Notes under the pieces: generated by a model
What the model saw: the letters and a program-made list of their open reading frames with translations, nothing else
Told to the model about the DNA's origin: nothing
The model's database searches: none
Assembly: GCA_032117235.1 (NCBI GenBank)
Contig: JAULZW010000004.1
Location: 1-51,422, forward strand
DNA length: 51,422 bases
Origin: Minisyncoccota bacterium
GTDB lineage: Bacteria > Patescibacteriota > Minisyncoccia > SW-4-49-11
Reading direction: 5' to 3'
Position numbers and translations under genes: made by a program
Shown here: positions 30,774-38,201 of the stretch, piece after piece
How the letters are laid out: each line of letters begins with the position of its first letter
Position numbering within the stretch: position 1 is the stretch's first letter

Positions 30774-31793
30774 ATGAATAATAAATTAGATAAATTTAAT
30801 TTAAGACAAGTAATTCTTGAGGCGGTAGAACAGATTAATTATCAATATAAAGTTGAAAATTTAACAGAATCAATTCACACAAATTTTGATAATATTATAA
30901 TCAATGGTATGGGAGGGTCAGCTCTTCCAGCTGAACTATTATCGGAAACATTTTCTCAATATGCTGAAAACGGTATTCAATATCCTGTATATATCAATCG
31001 TGATTATAGTAGCTCAAAATACATTAAAGATTCATCTATAATTTTTGCTATTAGTTATTCTGGTAATACCGAGGAGACTTTATCCGCTTATGAGACTGCC
31101 ATATCTGAAAATAGAGTAGTAATAGCAATGGCAGCAGGTGGTGCTTTGATTGAGCGAGCACGAGAATTAGAGCAACCTTATGTGGTAATTCCAAATCCTA
31201 ATCCGGATTTTCAACCAAGATATGCTACTTTATATATTCTTAAGGCTATTATTGAGACTTTGATTCAATTTGGAGTATTGACAGATACGGCTAGAGATAA
31301 GATTGTAGATTTAGTCAATCAAGTGAAACCTCAAGATTTTGAATCCAAAGGAGAATCTTTAGCTAATATAATAAAAGGTAAAACTCCAGTTATATATGCT
31401 ACCTGTGAGTATAAATTAGCGGCCCATTTATGGAAAATTAAGATTAATGAAAATGCCAAAACTCCATGTTTTTGGAATTATGTGCCAGAGCTTAATCATA
31501 ATGAAATGGTTGGATTTACTAATCCACAGGCTGATTTTCAATTTATTTTGTTGAAGAATGAAGTAGAAACCTCTAGAAACATTAAGAGATTTAACAAGTT
31601 AAAACAATTGTTTGAGAGTAGAGGATTATCCATTATCGATGTAATCGTACCAGACTTTGGAAATAAACTTGCAAATTTAGTAGCAATGACATTGATAGGA
31701 GATTGGACAGCTTATTATTTGGCACTGTCTTATGGTATTGACCCTACACCTGTAGATATGGTAGAAGAATTTAAGTTATTAATGAAAGATTAA
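30774..31793 (+). CDS. bifunctional phosphoglucose/phosphomannose isomerase (SIS domains)
   Basis: GMGGSALPAELL and SYSGNTEET SIS motifs; C-terminal NHNE..GF block typical of PGI/PMI. Confidence 0.75.
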   Translation: MNNKLDKFNLRQVILEAVEQINYQYKVENLTESIHTNFDNIIINGMGGSALPAELLSETFSQYAENGIQYPVYINRDYSSSKYIKDSSIIFAISYSGNTEETLSAYETAISENRVVIAMAAGGALIERARELEQPYVVIPNPNPDFQPRYATLYILKAIIETLIQFGVLTDTARDKIVDLVNQVKPQDFESKGESLANIIKGKTPVIYATCEYKLAAHLWKIKINENAKTPCFWNYVPELNHNEMVGFTNPQADFQFILLKNEVETSRNIKRFNKLKQLFESRGLSIIDVIVPDFGNKLANLVAMTLIGDWTAYYLALSYGIDPTPVDMVEEFKLLMKD

Positions 31794-31794
31794 T

Positions 31795-32085
31795 ATGGAT
31801 TATGATGTAAATAGTATTGCTAAATTAGCTCATATTAACCTCTCTTCAGAGAGAAATACTATGCTAAATCAAGATTTTGGCAATATCTTAGAATATGTAA
31901 ATACCCTCACTAATTTAGATTTAGAATCACACACTATTCCTACCTATCATACTCAAACGTTAAGAGAAGATATAGCATTCGACAATAATCCAAGGTTTAG
32001 TTCTGCTATTAGAGAAAATATTATTAAAGAAATGCCCTTAGTTGAAGAGGGATATTTAGTAGTTAAATCAGTTTTGAAAAAATAA
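31795..32085 (+). CDS. gatC: Asp/Glu-tRNA amidotransferase subunit C
   Basis: 96 aa, immediately precedes gatA, with a typical LAHINLS...L..I..YV..L pattern. Confidence 0.8.
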   Translation: MDYDVNSIAKLAHINLSSERNTMLNQDFGNILEYVNTLTNLDLESHTIPTYHTQTLREDIAFDNNPRFSSAIRENIIKEMPLVEEGYLVVKSVLKK

Positions 32086-32086
32086 T

Positions 32087-33541
32087 ATGTTACCATCTAT
32101 AGAACAACTTAATCAATCCTATAACAACTCAACTACTACAGTCAAAAAAGTAGTAGAAGATATTCTTGCTACTATTCAGACCAAAGACTCAGAAATCAAC
32201 TCCTACACTGAAGTTTTTAATGCTGAGGCTTTGTCTCAGGCTGAGAAATTAGATGCTAAATTAGCTAGAGGAGAAAAATTAAGTTTATTAGAAGGTTTGC
32301 CAATTTCAGTTAAGGACGCAATTCTAATTGAAGGACATAAAGCCACAGCTTCATCTAGGATGTTAGAAGATTATATTGCCACTTATGATGCTACCGTTAT
32401 AAAAAAATTACGAGATGCGGGAGCTATATTTATAGGTAAAACCAATCTAGATGAGTTTGCTATGGGAGCTTCTACTGAGAATTCTGCTTTTGGAGCTACT
32501 CGTAACCCAGCTGATACCAATAGAGTTCCAGGAGGATCTTCTGGAGGCTCAGCAGCTAGTGTGGCTGGAGATATGGCAGTAATCTCAATTGGATCAGATA
32601 CAGGAGGTTCTATTCGTCAACCTGCTTCTTTGACTGGAGTTGTAGGACTAAAGCCAACTTATGGTAGAGTGTCTCGGTTTGGTTTAATCGCCATGGCATC
32701 TTCTCTAGATCAAATCGGACCTTTTGCAAATAGAGTTATTGATACAGCTTATATTATGCAAGCTATTGAAGGTAAGGATGATATGGATGGTACTTCAGCT
32801 AAATTAGATACAAGTCAACTTTTAGATATTGAAAAAATTAGACAAGCTGATGTTAGTGGGATGAGAGTAGGTATTCCAAAAGAATATTTTATAGATGGAA
32901 TTGATGAAGATATTAGAAAAGCCATAGATGAAGTAATCACAACTTACAAAACCTTGGGAGTAGAATTTGTGGAAGTAAGTTTACCTCATACAGAATATGC
33001 TGTCCCAACCTATTATATTATTATGCCAGCTGAAGTTAGCACCAACTTAGCCCGTTTTGATGGCATTAGATATGGTTTGTCGGAATTACAGAACTCTCAA
33101 GATTTACAAGAAGTATATAGAGCAAGTAGAGCTAAAGGTTTTGGAAATGAGCCTTTAAGAAGAATAATGCTAGGAACTTATGTTTTATCTAGTGGATATT
33201 ACTCATCATATTATGGAAAAGCTAAGCAAGTGCAGGATATGATTAGACAAGATTTTATTAATGTATTCAAAGAGGTAGATGCTATTATTACCCCAACTAG
33301 CCCTAATACTGCCTTTAATATTGGAGAAAAGGTCAATGACCCAGTTTCTATGTATCTTGAAGATATTTTTACAGTAGCGACTAATTTAGCAGGAATTCCA
33401 GGTATTTCAGTCCCTACTTTATCTAATTCTGGACTACCAATAGGATTTCAGTTAATGACGAATCACTTCCAAGAACAAAAATTACTAACTTTAGCTCAAG
33501 CTATAGATAATATTAGATATGATAAGTTCAATAATCAATAA
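32087..33541 (+). CDS. gatA: Asp/Glu-tRNA amidotransferase subunit A
   Basis: Amidase signature GGSSGGSAASVAG....GSDTGGSIRQPAS. Confidence 0.92.
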   Translation: MLPSIEQLNQSYNNSTTTVKKVVEDILATIQTKDSEINSYTEVFNAEALSQAEKLDAKLARGEKLSLLEGLPISVKDAILIEGHKATASSRMLEDYIATYDATVIKKLRDAGAIFIGKTNLDEFAMGASTENSAFGATRNPADTNRVPGGSSGGSAASVAGDMAVISIGSDTGGSIRQPASLTGVVGLKPTYGRVSRFGLIAMASSLDQIGPFANRVIDTAYIMQAIEGKDDMDGTSAKLDTSQLLDIEKIRQADVSGMRVGIPKEYFIDGIDEDIRKAIDEVITTYKTLGVEFVEVSLPHTEYAVPTYYIIMPAEVSTNLARFDGIRYGLSELQNSQDLQEVYRASRAKGFGNEPLRRIMLGTYVLSSGYYSSYYGKAKQVQDMIRQDFINVFKEVDAIITPTSPNTAFNIGEKVNDPVSMYLEDIFTVATNLAGIPGISVPTLSNSGLPIGFQLMTNHFQEQKLLTLAQAIDNIRYDKFNNQ

Positions 33542-34016
33542 TATCTTTTTATTGGTACAAATTATCTCAGGAATAGCTTCTTGGGTAATGTTTGTTCTAA
33601 TAATATATCTTGCTATAAAAACAGATTTTTGGAAGAAAAAAATCTACAATATTTTCATTGGATTTCGTAAAATACCAGAAGCAGGATCAGTGCATAGTCT
33701 TAAAGTAAATAAAGAATGGGAAAATATTGTCAAAAGATTAGATGCTGGCGATGAAGCCAATTATAAATTAGCTGTTATAGAAGCTGATAAATTACTTGAT
33801 ACAGTATTGAAAGACTTGACTATTCCAGGTTCAACAATGGGGGAAAGACTAAAAGCTATACCTCTTTCCCAATTACCTAGTATAGATAATGTTTGGAAAG
33901 TTCATAGATTAAGAAATCATTTAGTTCATACTACAGAATTCATAATAAGTGAAAATAAAGCTAAACAATCTATTGATATTTATAAACAAGCTTTAAAAGA
34001 GCTCAAAGTTATTTAA
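33519..34016 (+). CDS. membrane-anchored helical protein with an RNxxxH (HEPN-like) motif
   Basis: N-terminal TM helix, then a helical domain ending in VWKVHRLRNHLVH. Confidence 0.5.
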   Translation: MISSIINNIFLLVQIISGIASWVMFVLIIYLAIKTDFWKKKIYNIFIGFRKIPEAGSVHSLKVNKEWENIVKRLDAGDEANYKLAVIEADKLLDTVLKDLTIPGSTMGERLKAIPLSQLPSIDNVWKVHRLRNHLVHTTEFIISENKAKQSIDIYKQALKELKVI

Positions 34017-34017
34017 T

Positions 34018-34668
34018 ATGATATCCATTTTACAGGCAGGGGATAGAGCCTATATTGAAAAATGGCAATTAGAATATATTATTGGTATAGATGAAGCTGG
34101 TAGAGGCACTTTAGCAGGACCAGTAGTGGCATCAGCCATAGCAATTAACTCAGATATTTTAGTCTCCCAAACTTGGCAACAATCGCCACTGAAATACGCC
34201 AAAGATTCTAAAAAAGTAACTCCTAAAAGACGACAAGATATATATGAGGTAATACAAAATCTGTACCCAATTGGAGTAGGATTTGTCTCAGCTAATATTA
34301 TTGACAATATTAATATTCTAGAAGCTACTAAATTAGCATGGTTAGAAGCTTTGGATAAATGCCTATTACAATTACCATTAGATTCTAGAACTGGCATTTT
34401 AATTGATGGCAATATAGTACCCATAGGTATAGAATATCCACATAAAGCAATTGTAAAAGGAGATAATAAACATCTTAGCATTGCCCTTGCCTCAATTTAT
34501 GCCAAAGTATATAGAGACAACTTGATGAGTGAATATAGTACTCAATATCCTAATTATAATCTTTACCAACATAAAGGCTATGGCACCAAAATGCATATAC
34601 AAGAAATTCAAAAATATGGACTATCAGCAATACATAGAGCTACTTTTTGTAAAAATATTTTAAGATAA
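34018..34668 (+). CDS. rnhB: ribonuclease HII
   Basis: GIDEAGRGTLAGPVV catalytic block and the KGD...ASI.AK pattern. Confidence 0.9.
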   Translation: MISILQAGDRAYIEKWQLEYIIGIDEAGRGTLAGPVVASAIAINSDILVSQTWQQSPLKYAKDSKKVTPKRRQDIYEVIQNLYPIGVGFVSANIIDNINILEATKLAWLEALDKCLLQLPLDSRTGILIDGNIVPIGIEYPHKAIVKGDNKHLSIALASIYAKVYRDNLMSEYSTQYPNYNLYQHKGYGTKMHIQEIQKYGLSAIHRATFCKNILR

Positions 34669-35442
34669 ATACTTTTTTAGAATTTTTTTATTCTCAATCA
34701 AGGGTCTCAGGGAAACCTCTTCAGTCAAGATTTCATCTTGAGAATACCCAAAGGGATTATCTAAATCTTTAATAAAAAATATCATATAAATTAAAATTAG
34801 ACTCACAAAAGCAGTGAAAATCATACCTTCATAAATTGGAGTGAATTGAATGAATAATATAGTTAGAATCAAAATTACACTAATAGTCTCCACAATAGCA
34901 TAACCAGTCCCTAAAAATGAAGTCTCCCTAATAGTGTCAGCTCTATTTAGTAATTTTCTTAAAGTATTCTGTTCTTGTTTCAATCTCGCTAGTGAAGGAG
35001 GTGCTATATAGTTACTTAAATTACAAAAATGAATATTTAATAAACTCAAATTTTCTATTACTTTAAGAGTATTTTCTTTTTGGTAAAACCAATCTATATA
35101 TGCTTGATTTATGACCTGAATATGTTCTATATACTTCTTCGCCTCATTATCTTTGGTTTTATCTTGTAAAATAATCATACCCTCATCTGCCAATGAAATT
35201 ATAGCAGAAGCCATATCTGAAGGAATTTTTTCACTCTCTTTATAATCTGACAATACACCAGAAATAAGAAAGCTAATCAAAAAAATGTTAGCCGAGATAA
35301 TAGCCGTAAATAAAGCACTGAATTGTAAAAACTCATAACCTAAAATATAAATTAAATACTTAGATAAAAGTATAACTAGAATAAAAGGAGTAGTTTTAAG
35401 GAGCAAACTCCATCGTCGATGTAGGGGAATATATTTAATCAT
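34660..35442 (-). CDS. bestrophin-like (UPF0187/YneE family) membrane protein
   Basis: TM pairs at both ends. The C-terminal block FIKDLDNPFGY resembles the E(D)xPFG block of bacterial bestrophin homologues. Confidence 0.5.
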   Translation of the reverse strand: MIKYIPLHRRWSLLLKTTPFILVILLSKYLIYILGYEFLQFSALFTAIISANIFLISFLISGVLSDYKESEKIPSDMASAIISLADEGMIILQDKTKDNEAKKYIEHIQVINQAYIDWFYQKENTLKVIENLSLLNIHFCNLSNYIAPPSLARLKQEQNTLRKLLNRADTIRETSFLGTGYAIVETISVILILTILFIQFTPIYEGMIFTAFVSLILIYMIFFIKDLDNPFGYSQDEILTEEVSLRPLIENKKILKKYLS

Positions 35443-35484
35443 AAGTGTATTTTATAATTTACATTTTATTATATCATATTTTAA

Positions 35485-36459
35485 TCACTCAGAAGCTCTC
35501 TTTAATCTATCCATAATAGCCAGTCCCAAACCTTGAGTTTGAAAACTCTCTGTTACTATAATATCAACCTCTTGAGAGTCAAAATAATGTAACCCATCAT
35601 AAAGATTAGCCGATATCTTCTTATAATTCTCTTTTGACCCTAAATCAAAACCAAATACTTCTTTTGGGATAAACCTATACACCTCGCTTGAGACTAAAGC
35701 TCCGACCTTATAATTTTGCTCCAAGTAAAATTGTATTTTATCCAGTATATCTCCCCCCAAAGGGACTAATTCCAATTTAGCCTCTGGAGCATAATGCCTG
35801 TATTTCATCCCAGGAGCTTGGACTTTGGTCTCTTTTTTAGCCAAACTAATTTTTAAAGCCAAAACTTTTTCAATTTGCTCTTGAGTTATAGCCCCTTGTC
35901 TCAGAATAACTGGAGGATTGACCATAGCATTGATTACAGTTGACTCCAAACCAATCTCGCTCTCATCTCCCTCCACAACAAAAACTTGCTTTTCAAAATA
36001 ATCTTGAATATGCTTAGGTCTAGTAGAGCTAGGCTTGCCAGAAGGATTAACAGAAGGAGCCACTAAAGGCACTCCAGATTTCTCAATTAACTTTTGAGCA
36101 ATAATATTATTCGGAAAGCGAATTACCACCGTATTAAGTCCAGCAGTTGCAATATCTGGAATTAGTTTAGATTTTGGAAAAACAACAGCAAGAGGACCAG
36201 GCCAAAAATTATCAATTAACTTTTGATTAAACTCTGAGACATTATCTACTAATTCAGATAACATATCAATTGAACTAATATGCACAATCAGAGGATTATC
36301 TACAGGACGATTTTTAAGCTTAAAAATTTTAGCAATAGCCTCAGTATCAAAAGCATTAGCTCCTAAACCATATACAGTCTCAGTAGGAAAAGCCACCAAA
36401 CCACCATTTTGGATAATATTCGCCGCCTCTAATATCTTTCCCTCTAAATCTAATTTCAT
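35485..36459 (-). CDS. tsaC: L-threonylcarbamoyladenylate synthase (Sua5/YwlC type, with C-terminal Sua5 domain)
   Basis: YrdC fold blocks GGLVAFPTETVYGLGANA, PLIVHI and SVNPSGKPS, plus a ~120-aa C-terminal extension. Confidence 0.88.
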   Translation of the reverse strand: MKLDLEGKILEAANIIQNGGLVAFPTETVYGLGANAFDTEAIAKIFKLKNRPVDNPLIVHISSIDMLSELVDNVSEFNQKLIDNFWPGPLAVVFPKSKLIPDIATAGLNTVVIRFPNNIIAQKLIEKSGVPLVAPSVNPSGKPSSTRPKHIQDYFEKQVFVVEGDESEIGLESTVINAMVNPPVILRQGAITQEQIEKVLALKISLAKKETKVQAPGMKYRHYAPEAKLELVPLGGDILDKIQFYLEQNYKVGALVSSEVYRFIPKEVFGFDLGSKENYKKISANLYDGLHYFDSQEVDIIVTESFQTQGLGLAIMDRLKRASE

Positions 36460-36523
36460 ATATCAATTCTACAATTAAAATAGTATAATATATATAAGAC
36501 GTAATATCAATAAGATCAAAATA

Positions 36524-37621
36524 ATGGATAAAAATACTCTTAGCCTACATTGTTTTAACACCCTACCCCAGATCGGACCTAAAGCCTTAGCCAAAATTCA
36601 ACAAGCTGGAGCCCATCGACTTTGGCTAGAGGGAAATTTAGCAGAATTTCAGACTACTCTAGGGAATAGAGCCAAATTAGATTGGTATCAAGAATTTAGT
36701 AATTTGAATCGAGTAAAAGTCTTAGAACAAGAACTGAACTATCTAAATAAGGAAAATATCAAAATTTTAACTAGACAAGATGAACTTTATCCACAAGTCT
36801 TATTAGAAATCACCACTCCACCCACTATTTTATATATAAAAGGAGATATCAGTGGACTAGAAAATGCTCTAGCAATAGTAGGTACTCGCAAATATACTCC
36901 CTATGGAGCTAGAGTTGCAGAGAAACTCAGTCGAGAATTATCTGAAGCAGGAATCCCTATTATTAGCGGTTTAGCACTCGGGATAGATAGTATAGCTCAT
37001 AAAGGATGTCTTGATGGTAAAAGCAAAACCATTGCCGTTTTAGGTGGAGGTATAGCCCCAGAAGCCTTATATCCAAAGACAAATCAATCATTAGCCAATG
37101 CAATCATAATTAGAGGAGGGGCGCTTATTAGTGAATTCCCACCAAAAAGCAAGCCCCGAAGAGAAAATTTTATTTTAAGAAATCGCATAGTAAGTGGACT
37201 AGCTAGAGGTATACTTATAATTGAAGCCCCTATCAAAAGCGGAACAATGACAACAGTAAAATATGCCCTAGAGCAAAACCGAGATGTCTTTGCCATTCCA
37301 GGTAATATAGATGTTAAAAATAGTGAAGGTACCAATCAGCTAATAAAACAAGGAGCTTATATTGTGACACAGGTAGAGGATATACTAAATGTATTTGGGC
37401 TAGAAATCATTCGCAAACAATTAGACCTAAGCCAGTTCGAATCAGAACAAATAGCAATATTACAACATTTAATCCAAGCCCCACTCAAGATAGAGCAGTT
37501 AGCACAACTTACCCAACAAGAAGTAATGGATTTGATGGCTACTCTATCAATTTTAGAATTATCCGGCATAGTCACACTAGGTGCTCAAGGAGAATACTCA
37601 TTAAATGTAGAGCTAGAATAG
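36524..37621 (+). CDS. dprA: DNA processing protein DprA
   Basis: Rossmann-like block IVGTRKYTPYGARVAEKLSRELSEAGIPIISGLALGIDSIAH and a C-terminal winged-helix-like tail. Confidence 0.9.
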   Translation: MDKNTLSLHCFNTLPQIGPKALAKIQQAGAHRLWLEGNLAEFQTTLGNRAKLDWYQEFSNLNRVKVLEQELNYLNKENIKILTRQDELYPQVLLEITTPPTILYIKGDISGLENALAIVGTRKYTPYGARVAEKLSRELSEAGIPIISGLALGIDSIAHKGCLDGKSKTIAVLGGGIAPEALYPKTNQSLANAIIIRGGALISEFPPKSKPRRENFILRNRIVSGLARGILIIEAPIKSGTMTTVKYALEQNRDVFAIPGNIDVKNSEGTNQLIKQGAYIVTQVEDILNVFGLEIIRKQLDLSQFESEQIAILQHLIQAPLKIEQLAQLTQQEVMDLMATLSILELSGIVTLGAQGEYSLNVELE

Positions 37622-37702
37622 AAAAATTCTTATTACCCCATACTGAAAACAATTAGATCTATATTTAGCCAAATTCCCATCTCCACCTACGGTCGATAAA
37701 TT

Positions 37703-37824
37703 GAGGGGTGCCTTCTTTTAGACGGTGGGGTGGAAGTGTTTTGAAACTTGAACTTCTGTCCCCCTTTGGAGGGGGTGCCTGAAAGGTGGGGGTGGATTAC
37801 TTTTTGCAACTTGAATTTCTGTCC
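37703..37824 (+). repeat. two tandem GC-rich ~56-59-nt units (37703-37761, 37769-37824)
   Basis: gaggggtgcc..ggtggggtgga..gaaacttgaacttctgtcc versus gagggggtgcc..ggtgggggtgga..gcaacttgaatttctgtcc. A related stretch lies at 50974-51010. Confidence 0.8.
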
Positions 37825-37841
37825 TCTCTCCCATACCTTGC

Positions 37842-37870
37842 TTGACAAAATTATGAGGTTACGGTATTTT
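37842..37870 (+). promoter_or_regulatory. sigma-70-type promoter in the dprA-hsdM spacer
   Basis: TTGACA (37842-37847), 17-nt spacer, TATTTT (37865-37870). Confidence 0.45.
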
Positions 37871-37876
37871 GTAGAG

Positions 37877-38120
37877 GAACTATCTCTAGGGTAAATCCCA
37901 TGAGTTCAATCACGTATACACAGTCCCGCCAACTTCTTTGCTATATTTTAGGTAAATCTCGTAGAGTAAATATAACGAGCCTTGCTACGGGGGAGAGACT
38001 CCGTAGGGTATTGGAACAACATCCAGACTTTTTTACAGTTATTTTCTCGTGTTCATAGGAAAAGTCCAGAATTGAATGGGTCTAAACACCCCCCAAGCCA
38101 CCCGCTCCGGTGGCTTTTTT
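37877..38120 (+). ncRNA. candidate ~245-nt transcript (ncRNA or 52-aa sORF carrier) bounded by a promoter and an intrinsic terminator
   Basis: Bounded by the promoter at 37842-37870 and the terminator at 38096-38120. Internal hairpins: ctcgt..acgag and ctacgg..ccgtag. It contains an ATG ORF at 37900-38058 (MSSITYTQSRQLLCYILGKSRRVNITSLATGERLRRVLEQHPDFFTVIFSCS) without an obvious SD. No match to any RNA family I can recognise. Confidence 0.3.
38096..38120 (+). terminator. rho-independent terminator
   Basis: agccacc (38096-38102) pairs with ggtggct (38109-38115) around the loop cgctcc, followed by a T-run tttttt c ttttt. Confidence 0.7.
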
Positions 38121-38169
38121 CTTTTTCTCCAAAAATTTTAACTAAAACCTCCTCAAAAAGGCAAAAATA

Positions 38170-38178
38170 TGCTATAAT
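38170..38178 (+). promoter_or_regulatory. extended -10 promoter element (TGCTATAAT) for the R-M operon
   Basis: The 16-nt string aaaaatatgctataat (38163-38178) is identical to 50010-50025 upstream of the Bro-N gene. It lies 23 nt before the hsdM ATG. Confidence 0.45.
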
Positions 38179-38201
38179 ACAAAATATAATAATAATTTTT
38201 T

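Noticed and set aside
37703-37824. Possible CRISPR array or tandem repeat locus
   Set aside because: There are only two imperfect units, directly adjacent with no spacer-like unique segments, and no cas genes in the window.
38052-38095. aggaaaagtcc ... aaacacc resembling RNase P RNA CR-I/CR-V strings
   Set aside because: The two strings are only ~30 nt apart, whereas P4 strands in RNase P RNA are separated by >200 nt. The candidate transcript is too short and would have to run into hsdM. The right-flank ggaggaaggttggg also lacks the GUCC core.
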